A stretch of 64,000 bases of DNA. Source: Azolla caroliniana (lineage: Eukaryota > Plantae > Polypodiophyta). The number at the start of each line of letters is the position of its first letter. The stretch's first letter is position 1. The stretch is taken from assembly GCA_043228905.1 (NCBI GenBank), contig JBHGNT010000011.1, positions 11,656,001 to 11,720,000 on the forward strand, in the 5' to 3' direction. The translations under genes were made by a program, and so were the position numbers. The notes under the pieces are model-generated. The model did no database searches. It was not told the DNA's origin and worked only from the letters and a program-made list of their open reading frames with translations. This document shows, in pieces, positions 53,901 to 64,000 of this stretch.

Positions 53901-56548
53901 TGAGTACGAGGTTGCAACCATCCTTGATTCCAAGCTTGTTCGCAACAAGCTCTACTATCTAGTCGACTGGCTAGGATATAGTCCCAGCGAGCGTACTTGG
54001 GAACCGATAGAGAATGTCACCAATGCTCGTGCTCTTCTTGAAGACTTCCATCGTCAATATCCAGACAAACCGGGTCCTCAATCTAAAACAACTCGTGCAC
54101 TCGTCGTTTTAAAGGGGGGATAGTGTCATGATATGGCAAGACTCGAACCCATGACCTTATACTACATGGATCGAGCTCTCGACCATTAGACTATACATTG
54201 TAATACATAGAATATTATTTTCATTCATGTTTTATTATAGAAAATTGATGTATATTCCAGATTTCTCTGGAACATTCTAGAAACTTCAGGAGTATTCCTT
54301 AGAACACTATAAAAGGAGGCACAAGGCATTATTTCGAACCAAATCGGTTCAATGCCAGTCTTAAGGCTCCTAGCTACTGTACATTTTCTTCACATAATAT
54401 ATATCTTTTCTTATCATCACTCTCTCTCTCTCTCTCGATCTCTTTCTCCCTCCCTCTCACTCACTCTTTCCTTCTCTCAAGAGTTCTTCACCTCTCTTAG
54501 TACTAATACTTCTTTTAGTACTAATTCCTTCTTTGTCTTAGTACTGTTCCTGACAATGACTTTCGGATTAATGCGCGATTCGAAGCCGGGAGGTTGTACC
54601 ATGTACACCTCCTCTTCTAATTCGCCTTGGAGGAAAGCGTTCTTGACGTCCATCTGGTGGAGGTGCCACCCTTTTGCCGCTGCAAGTGTGATCACGGTCC
54701 GCACTGTCTTCATAGTCTACTCCATGTGTTTGTGCGTATCCTTTTGCTACGAGTCGAGCTTTGTAACAGTTTACGGAGCCGTCAGCATTATACTTCACCT
54801 TGTAGATCTATCTGCAACCAATTGCCTTCTTGTGCGGTGAGTGGGGAACGAGATCCCATGTCTCGTTCTTGGAGAGTGCTTGCATATCCTCATTCATCAC
54901 TTCAACCCATCTAGGGTCCTTCACGGCTTTGGAAAATGTTTCCGGCTCCCGTATTGTTGCTACCTTCATCATAAAGGTGTAATGGTATGCCATGTAATCG
55001 TTGTAGCCGAATCGGCTTACAGGGTTCTTTTCATGAGTGGATCGATGGAGCTTCTCGTTTACGGATACTATGGTTTTCTTTGCTCCATTTGTCCAGATCT
55101 CAAGGCCTTCGAACTCACTATCGAGGGAGTGAGTCGATTCGTTGCCGTCGAAGTGATTGTCTTCATACTCCGGCATTTTCGCGTTCCCTTTGTCCATCTT
55201 TGGACTCAGCTGAGATGTGCTTTGATCACTCGGGGGCTCTCGTAATTGGGCTTTCTTCGAACATGCGCATGAGTCGATCTTCCGCTGCTATCTCTATTTC
55301 GGCGTATTCCGGGTCGAGCGGAATTGGAGTCGAAGTTGTCTTTGGTGCGTACCAGGATGCGGACTCATCAAAAACGACGTCTCGACTTACTTGAGATTTC
55401 CGAGTTGAGGGATTATAACACTTGTACCCCTTTTGCTCCAATGAGTATCCAATGAGGATACATTTCTCTGACTTCGGGTCGAGCTTTTGTTGCTTTTTGT
55501 CGGGGATGTGCATGTACGCAATGGAGCCGAATATTCGGACATGCGATAGGTCCGGCTTCTTTCCGAAAAACTTCTCGTGCGTCATGAGGTCATGCACGTC
55601 GGATGTCGTACACCAATTTATGAGGTATACGGTCGTGTTAGCCGCTTTTGCCCAGTACGACTTCGGCACGTGCTTTTCGTTCATCATGGCCCGTGCTACT
55701 TTGAGGATGTGCCGATTCTTTCGTTTGGCCATTCTGTTTTGTTGTGGTGTATGTCGACACGAAAACTCTTGTTGAATTCATTCTTTCTGTAGATATGCCA
55801 TAAACTCATCTGAGAAATATTCCTTGCCTCCATCCGATCAAAGGCACCGTACATGTCAACTCGTAGTTTTTTTGACTCCACTCTTGAATTTTTGGAAGTG
55901 TCCGAACACTTCGCTCTTTTGCCGCATTGGGTAGATCCAAGTGTGCCTAGAGAAGTCATCGATAAAGGTCACGTAGTATCGGCATCCGCCGTATGTCACC
56001 GTTTGCGCCGGTCCTCATACATCAGAATGAATTACGTCGAGTACGCCTTTGCTTACATTCCTCTCCTTCGGAAATGGATGCCAATGTTGCTTGCCGAATT
56101 GGCACGCCGCACATACGCCTTCAATCTCTCGCTCTTTGAAGGTCGGGAGTCTGATGACGACTCCTTTCGATTGCATTGCCTTGAGCTTTTGAAGATTGAT
56201 ATGGCCAATCCGCTTGTGCCATAACTCTTTCTCGGTGTCGGGTTTGAGGCCCTTTGCGTACATGGCCGATTTCATCTCGTTTGACTCGAGGATAAACATT
56301 CGACCTTCCTTTCGACCCCGAGCGATGAGTCGGCCTTCCTTCTCGATGAAGCAACCACCTTGGTTGAATCGAACTTGCATCCCTTGCTCCACAATTTGGC
56401 CAACCGAGACCAAATTCATTTAATACATTTAATACATGTAATACATTTTCGATGCAAGTTTGTTCGCGATCTTTCCCGAATGGGACATTCTCGACCGAAT
56501 CGGATGAGTGGTATCGTCTCCAGTCTCGACATAACCGGGTCGATCCGG

Positions 56549-57305
56549 TGTCGAGGAAATCCTCGTGGATGCGTAGAAGTCGGGCAGGACCATAGGGGTC
56601 TCGAACCAAGGAATCGAGAAACGAGGAGGAAGGAGTTTGAGGATCGCGTAGGTCTCGAGACCACGGGAAAACAGGTTTAAGGCCAACTAACAAGAGAGGG
56701 TAAGAGAGTCATGTGTAGACGCAGACACGAGCAAGACACTAAGAACAACGTCTGTTAGGTAGAGAAGGTTTCTATTAAACAACACAGGTGTACGGTGCTG
56801 TGGGTGATTACAACCGGATCGGAGCTGGTGATGGAGTGCAGAGCTTGGCAATAGCCAGACACAAAGGTATGTTGGCACGTTGAAGGTCGATCCCCTGGAC
56901 GGGAGCACTCAGGCGTCTGACGCGTGTAGGGGAAGCGCCTTCCGAAGATCTGTCCATTCTCTCCTCTCTGTATATCCTCTACTCTCAAAAATGGCATCCC
57001 GAAGACAATCGAAGGTTGTCCCCTTTATAGCACAAGGGGCGACCGTTACAAGCATTCATGACCCGTCGCTTTCCCTTCCAAGATTCTCTCCCCTGATTCA
57101 CTCCCCTCGTAACTCTCCCTACATATGCGATGTTCTATTTCTTCTTTAATGCTCTAACTACCTAGTCCCCCCCCCCCCCCCCCCCCCCCGTATACTCATG
57201 CCTAGTACTTTCCCTATTTAATTCTCTCGAGGCATGCACTTGCGTAAACCGGTGTTCTTGCGCGTTTCACCTTGTTTCTACCTATGGCCCGGAATCTTCA
57301 CGACA
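56549..57305 (-). mobile_element. Solo LTR (~757 bp) inserted in the copia B protease
   Basis: Ends TGTCG...CACGACA; 4-bp TSD CCGG / CCGA; removal restores DLREPDRPGYVETGDD; contains a C23 run at 57167-57189. Confidence 0.8.
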
Positions 57306-59021
57306 CCGACTCCCGCAAGTCTCAGAACCACTCTTGATGGGACGTCATATGGTTCGAAGCAACGGAGTCGACGAACCATACGTCTTCCGGACCGGAGGCA
57401 TTAGTTGATGTAGAAGCCGACATAGAGTTTGCTCTATGTCTCATCACGAATAGTCCGCCGTAATCGTCGTACTCGGAGTTGGTGGCGTAATTCGTGAGTT
57501 GTCGGCTTGTGGACGCTGACCCACGCATCTTCTTTCGGCACTCTTCTTCCAAGTGGCCAACTTTGCCGCAATATCCGCATTCGATTGAGCTTTGTCGGTT
57601 CGGACCAAAATGGAAGCTCCCCCTTCTTCCGAAGGTTCCTTGATGGCTTCCGTCTTGATGCTGAAATTGCGAGTTGTTTTCATAAGTCGAGCCTCATCCG
57701 CCTCGTCCTTGGCCGAATCAGCCTCTTCTTGCACGACCGCATCCTCTTCCTCCATCCAAATGTGTGTAGAGCATGTGTCCTTCCGAGGCGTTGCCCCTCG
57801 TTCGAACATATTTTTCTTCCACCAACATAGATTGAAGATCGAAGAAGGAGGGTGGATTCTCCCATGCTAGTACGGTGGTCCGCATTGCGCCGAATCGTGG
57901 TGCAAGGCCGCCGAGGCATATTTACACCATCTCATCATCGTCCACATTGACGCTTATCGAGCCAAGTGAATCGCAAAGCTCCTTGATCTTCAAGGTGTAG
58001 CTTGTGATGGACATATCCCTTTGTTGAATGTTGTTCAACTCTTGGCGGAGTTGAAGCTTTCTCGCGGTAGTGTTGGTGGCGAAAAGCTTTCGTAGATTCT
58101 CCCACACTTCCTTCGGCTTCTTGGCTTCTCGAATGTACCCGAGCATGTGGTCCTGAACACATGTAGTCAAGCAATACATCACTCGGCTTGCCGCTTGCTC
58201 GCACATTGCATAGTCAGCGTCTTCTGGGTTGGGTCGGTTTTCTTGTGCTCCCTTGATGTAACCCCAATAGCCTTGGCCGACAAGGTATTGGTGCATCTTG
58301 CACTCCCAAGATGTGAAGTTGTTTCGGTCCAACTTCTCGCTAGGGAGAGTGCTCCCCATTTGAGTATTCATTGTCGATTAAGCTTTCTTTCTTCTTTTCC
58401 TTCTCTCGAACACAAGCTATGTAGTGGTACTACGATAGCGATGAGCCAGTTCTTCTTGAACGTCATCATAGAGCACAACACACGATCACGATGAGGCGAG
58501 TGGGCTAGATCGAGCTACCAAATCGCTCTGATACCATGCTAAGAATCAATGGTGATTCTTGTGTAGCGGAAGAGATGTGTGTTATGTGTATGTGTGAGAG
58601 GAAAGAGGAGAGGAGAGAAACACAAGATGGATAAGAGACAAAATGAAGTACTCAAGAAGAAGGAGATGTATATTAACAAGGAGATTATGATAAATGAAAA
58701 TGTAGCATTGCAAGGAGTCACAACCGACTTAGTATGAATTATGAGGAGGGTGCTTTATATAGGGTCACCCTCTCTCTTCATTAAATTTACAACAACCACT
58801 CTCTCTCTTGAGGAATGTGAAAACTCATAGTCATGGGGAATATGTAACTCATTAGTTATGTGTCATAGAATCATATTCTATGACACATAGTTAATGTGTA
58901 GAGAGTAGTGGTGTGACTCTTGACCTTTGAGTAATCACGGATTCTCAAAAGGTGTGTTCCCACGTTGCACTATGTTGAGCTTGAATCTCAACACGCCCCC
59001 TCAAGCTCAACTCGGGTCGGT

Positions 59022-59350
59022 CGACGATTTGAGCAAAACTCAAGACGATCCGACTCAAACAATTCTCTAGTTAGCAACCAAACCAATGTTGTCGACTCTT
59101 GATCAGGAGAAATACTATCTCTAGAGGACTCTATGATTGGAGAAGTCTTGTACAGTGTGCAAGACGCACAAATGTGGCTACTGGACTCTGGTGCCACATT
59201 TCACGTTACTCCAAATATCAAATGGTTTGCAAATTATTCGACCGAAGCTAGCGACACAGTCCGACTAGGTAACAGGCAAGAGTGCACAATCGCAAGGATT
59301 GGAGAAGTCCCCATCCAATTTCCAAATGGAAATACTATCACCCCACACCA
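59022..59350 (+). pseudogene. Copia gag-end/protease fragment, inverted relative to its flanks
   Basis: MWLLDSGATFHVTPNIKWF...VRLGNRQECTIARIGEVPI on the plus strand between minus-strand copia parts. Confidence 0.75.
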
Positions 59351-61887
59351 AGGCCTTGTGGCGATTTTTCGTATCTTGTTCTTTTTTGCTCATGTGCTCC
59401 TCATTGGATCCTCAATCTGTATTCGAGTTTGTTCGCTCCAGTCGGTATCCTCGCTCAGTGCTATTTCTTCAACCCCTTGTGTTTCCGAACGTGTCGATTT
59501 CGATCTTCTCGTGAGACTGCTCTGGTTGGTTTTCGACTTCCCTTCTATTCCTCGTTCGGCTTTCTTCTGCTCAGTCACTTGTCGTAGTCCCATCTTTTTC
59601 CTCAATGTAAAGAAGCGTTAATCTGGGAGTGGCTTCGTCAGGCAATCGAGAATGTTCACCTCAGTGTCAATCTTTTCGGTTATCGGCTCCTAGATGTGAT
59701 GATACTGCACTTCAATATGTTTTTTCTTCGCATGATAGACAGGGTTGTTGACGATGTGTATTGCACTTTGTGAGTCGCAATAGATGGTCTGCACTAGTCG
59801 ATCGATTCAGCTTTTAGCCGAAAAGTAGGTAGTTAATCGATGCAGCCATATCTCTTCCTTCGCTGCCTCTGACGCTACTATGTACTCGGCCTTTGTGGTA
59901 GACAGGGTCGTGCACTCTTGGAGTTTTGACCTCCATGATATAACGCCGCAATTGTAAGTGAAGATGTAACCTGATGTCAACTTCCAGTTATCCGAATTCC
60001 CGGTGTAGTTGGAGTCAGTGTAGCCTTCGACTTTGGTTGGTTTTGTTGATACGAAAGTCAGTTGTGCATCTTCGGTTACTTTCAGGTACCTGAAAATTTG
60101 TTTGACGGCATCCCAATGCTTCATCCTAGATTCGACATGTACCGGTTGGCAACCCCCACGTCATATGCAAGATCGGGTTTGGTCGCCACCATCGCATACA
60201 TGATACTTCCTATTGCCAATGCATAGGGTATCTTTCCATTGAGCTCTCTCTCCTTGTCTATCAAAGGAGAGTCTCTGTCCGATAGCGGGATTGACGTCAG
60301 AAGTGGAGTTGGTGTTGGCTTTGCGTTCTCCATATTGAAATGCCTCAACACCTTTCGGATGTAGTCAAATTGGGAGAGTCAGAGAGTCTTCATCTTCCGA
60401 TTTCGCCCGATCCTCATGCCCAATATGTGACGGGATTGTCTGAGTTCCTTCATCGTGAACTTGTCTTGAAGGCTCCGCTTTGGCTTTTCGATTTCGGCTT
60501 GATTGCTCCTTGCAATCCACATGTCGCCGACATATATCCGGGACTTGTTGGCCAATTGTCGAGTGTATAAACATGGGTCGGAGTTGAACCGGTTGTAGCC
60601 GAGTTGTAAGATGTAGGAGTCGAACTTTTGGTACCACATCCTCGGCGCATGTTTTAAGCCATATAGGTTTTTCTTCAATTGACATACGAGGTGACTTTCC
60701 TCCCCCGTCGCCGAGAAGCCTGCCACTTGGGACATGTAAATGTCCCCTGCCAAGTCTCCATGTAGGAATGTCGTCCTTACATCAAGTTGCTCAAGCTCTA
60801 GGTCCTCTGCCACCACGACCCCGAGTAGGAGCCGAAGGCTAGTCATCTTGAATAGTGGAGATAATATCTCGTCGTAATCGACCCCTTGTTCCTGTTGGAA
60901 TCCCTCCGCAACGAGCCGAGCTTTGTACTTGGGCTTCTCTGAGTGAGATACATATTTGTATCGGAATACCCATTTGCAAGGTAGCTTTTTTCTTCCAGCT
61001 GGTAATTTGACCAACTCCCATGTATTGTTCTCTTTGATCGAGTCCATCTCGGATCTCATGGCTTGCAGCCATGTTTCGGCGTTAGGTGCAACTGTAGCTT
61101 CTTCGTATGTGCTTGGTTCGCCTGCATTCGTGTAGTTGATGTAGTTGAGGCCCGGTTGATAGAACTCTATCGGCCTTCCATTTCATCTAGATCTCTTGAC
61201 TGCCGTAATGACGGATCCTTCGATCGTCTCTATCGGTCGATCAACATTTGGTGAATTACATATATCGGGATTCAATTCGGATGACTTGCCCCTGTGATAA
61301 GATTTCGGCAATGTCACCGCATTCTCCCCTACTTCAGGATTGAGAGACTTAATCGACTCGTATATGGTTTTACCTTTGGACTTGGGTGTCTCAGTCGGGT
61401 TGACTCTGTTTCTGACTCGCATATGGTCGACTATACTTTTTTTTACTCTTGCCGATTTGGCTTTGTCTTTGATGGCTTTGTCTTTGATCTCGATTAATGA
61501 ACCTCCTACCAATTTGGAGTCGGCAGGTGTATTGTCAGCTTGGTCAAGTTCGACTGTTTGTCAAATTTCTGATTCGGCCCGGTGGCTCGGTCTTTCTACG
61601 ACTTCTCTGTCGATTTTGAAAGAGACCTTTTTGCGCACTAATTTTTGTTGGTTCCTCTAAGAGAGGATACAGTCTTCATTGAAGACTACGTCACTACTTT
61701 GGATCAATTTCCGATTCTTTGGGTCCCATGGGTGATAGCCAAAATCTCCATCAGTTCCATAACCGAGAAATATGCATTTTGTTGCATGGGGTGCCAACTT
61801 GGTCCTTTTCTCCCCGGGGCTAAATGTGTAAGCTTCATATTCGAAAATTGGAAGCGTTTCATCGGTCAGTTGTTCGCCTGACCATAG
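59351..61887 (-). mobile_element. Ty1/copia pol fragment (integrase C-terminus, RT, RNase H), Tork/Tnt1-like, degenerate
   Basis: KCIFLGYG, NNTWELVKLP, KARLVAEGF, QLDVRTTFLHG, ISWRSKLQ; cut at 61888 by another element. Confidence 0.88.
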
Positions 61888-63635
61888 TGTTGGGAAAACA
61901 GGTCCCTCCGGATGGGAAGAAGAGAACAAACCAAATCAATTTCGTAGCCAATTCGGGGGACTCTAATTGTAAATAGTCAAAATGTATCCTTGGTGGGCCA
62001 TATTTGTAAATAGCCCTGAATGTTGTATTAGTATATAAACATCTAGGGAAATCATTATGATATAGAGTAGTTGAATAAGTTATAGTGAATTGTTGCCTCT
62101 GTAACTGTGGGTGAGTGAGTAAGTGAGTGAGAGAGGAGTAGTAACTCTACCGTCATCTGCTAGATGAAGACAACCTCGAGGTTGTTGCCTCCAAGTCTCC
62201 TTGTATTCCTCTCTCAATTATAGTGATTCTATTTCTTGGGATTTGTGGACCCCCATGGTTTTTCCCTTCGGGTTTTCCACGTTAAATATCCGTGTCTGTG
62301 CATTATCTTGCTCATTTTCTTTGCACTCGAACACGTAGTAGTGAGCATAACCGATTGTGGCCGGTCACGATCCTGACAAAGTGGTAACAGAACTATGGAA
62401 GACTCATTCAGCGGCATGCTCAAACTTATCGGCTCCAACTATTCGGTGTGGAAGTTGAAGATGCGGGGCATGCTCGTGTGCAAAGACCTGTGGTTGCCGG
62501 TGCAGTTCGGAGATAAAAGGGCACACAAGATCAATGCAATGACTTGCGAAGTGTTGCATCTGAAGGCGGCCACATATATAAGGTGTTTTATAGACATGAG
62601 TTTGTACAACAACTTCGGTGAAGAAACAGAAGTGGATGTCCTATGGAAGAAGATCGGCATCATGTTTGAAAACAAAAACGTCGTTAACTAAGTATCAGTC
62701 TTCCAGAAGATCATGAGATTGAGGTATCAAGATGGCTCCAACATGGCGGAGCACATTAATGCCTTCCAAGGACTAATGAACCAAACCACCTCTCTGGAAG
62801 TACCTCTTGCCGAAGACGTATTAGCACTATTGTTGTTGGGATCCCTTCTGGATAGCTAGGAAATGTTGGTTGTCACATAGGGCAACACCAGACAGGAAGG
62901 GAAACATCTATCCCTAGAGTAGGTGAAGTCGAGCTTATTGAATCAAGAAGCTTGTTGAAAGGACTGAGGCTCCAATACCCTCATCACAGAAAGTGACACA
63001 AATCGAGGAAGAGGTCGAGATCGAAGTCCCCAGAATCGAGATAAGTCGGGGACAAGGTCAAAGTTGAGGGGACGACCCATGTGCTTCTATTGTGGGAAGC
63101 TAGGGCACTTCCAAAAGAACTACCGACACTTTCGAAAGGAAAAAGGGGGAGTTGATGGTGTAGAGATGAAGAAAATCCCGATAGAAAGAACACCTCAATA
63201 ATCGCCACGAGTGAAGAGGAACAATTGTTCATTAATGAACAAAATGAAGTCAACCTCGTCGGTGAAGAATCGACATGGGTGGTCGATTTGGGTGCGTCGT
63301 TTCACCTAACCCCTGACTGAATGTGCTTCTCATCATATACAAGACCGGACACCATGGTCTTGTAAAAATGGGAAATGAAGGAGCATGCTGAATCGTCGGT
63401 GAGAGATGTCCGACACGTTCCGGAAGTCAGATTGAATCTGATATCAGTTGGTCGGCTGGATGACGAAGGCTACAAGGGTAGCATCCGGAATGGTGTCATG
63501 AAGTTCTGCAAGGGAAGCCTAATCATGACTCAGGCCTAGAAAACCAACACACTGTACATAATGAATGCTCGATTATGTCGAGGGGAAGTAAACGTGGCAA
63601 TCGACACAACCGGTGAGTTGTGCCACAAGAGGCTA
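61888..63635 (+). mobile_element. Ty1/copia element: 5' LTR, degenerate PBS, gag, protease, GAG-pre-integrase
   Basis: LTR 61888-62378 (TGTTGG...TGACA); TGGTAACAGAAC at 62382-62393; gag from 62395; CFYCGK zinc knuckle; WVVDLGASFHLT; LCHKRL. Confidence 0.85.
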
Positions 63636-64000
63636 TGTATTAGAGATATGATCTAATGTAAGTGTATGATAAGGAGAAAAGAATGATAGATAGATAGAAA
63701 GAAAGGAGAGAGAGAAAGAAGGGTGCCGATCCACCCGACCACCCCCGAACGAAGGGATCGAGACGAACTCGAGCCTCGATCAGCGTCCCATACTAGCATT
63801 GTGGCGTCGAGTCGTACCTGGTGCTAGCATGCTCGCTACAAGAGTTGAACCACCATGAAATAGAGTCTCGATGTAGTCAAAAGATGATGAAATGAGGGTA
63901 GCTAGGCCTCTTATTTATAGCGATACCCAAGGCCCCCAGGCAAATTCACACTTGGCCTAATGGGTTGTCTCAATCCCGATGATTAAAGGTAATCCTCCCC
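63636..64000. mobile_element. Probable LTR inserted into the preceding copia, runs off the window
   Basis: Coding sequence breaks at TGTATT right after HKRL; GA-rich segment; TATA-like TATTTATAG ~63912 suggests minus orientation. Confidence 0.5.

Larger units (their letters stand above)
41655..54555 (+). mobile_element. Ty3/gypsy chromovirus (Tcn1-like) copy 1, full length, TSD ATGAC
   Basis: LTRs 41655-42088 and 54124-54555; TSD at 41650-41654 / 54556-54560; gag 42162-43313 with CCHC; protease; RT IYLDD; RNase H; integrase; chromodomain EYEVATILDSK...YYLVDWLGY...TWEP; PPT ~54111-54123. Confidence 0.96.
39944..58993 (-). mobile_element. Ty1/copia family B element, host of the nested stack
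   Basis: LTRs 39944-40392 and 58537-58993; PBS 58525-58536; gag from 58371; protease VWFVDSVASNHM; integrase; RT split at 54561/41654; RNase H ([15 protein letters not shown]); PPT 40393-40402. Confidence 0.93.

Noticed and set aside
57167-57189. C23 run as a functional G-quadruplex
   Set aside because: A single homopolymer in a solo LTR; its length is prone to slippage and sequencing error.

Overview
Eukaryotic (land-plant) nuclear DNA. The retroelement types suggest a non-seed plant such as a fern or lycophyte (inference). Two host genes sit in a sea of decayed, nested retroelements: a two-exon CULLIN3 (+, 13405-16283, ~732 aa) and a three-exon R2R3-MYB with a very long low-complexity C-terminus (-, 35162-31925, ~768 aa). 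The rest is Ty1/copia elements, two Tcn1-like Ty3/gypsy chromoviruses, a non-chromovirus gypsy, solo LTRs with 4-bp TSDs, L1 LINEs and RTEX-like LINEs. One stack is nested five layers deep (39555-58993). The most notable signals are: antisense tRNA-like Pol III A/B-box cassettes in the U3 of unrelated LTR families; a self-priming PBS with compensatory changes and a -1 frameshift cassette in the chromoviruses; LINEs that all land in (TC)n microsatellites and share a covarying 3' hairpin; a conserved hairpin enclosing the copia PPT; an LTR flanked by both a PPT and a PBS; a MYB intron minisatellite carrying eight SMRE motifs; and a uORF duplicating the CUL3 N-terminus. All coordinates and counts were read by eye and may be off by a few bases. 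No database searches were run.
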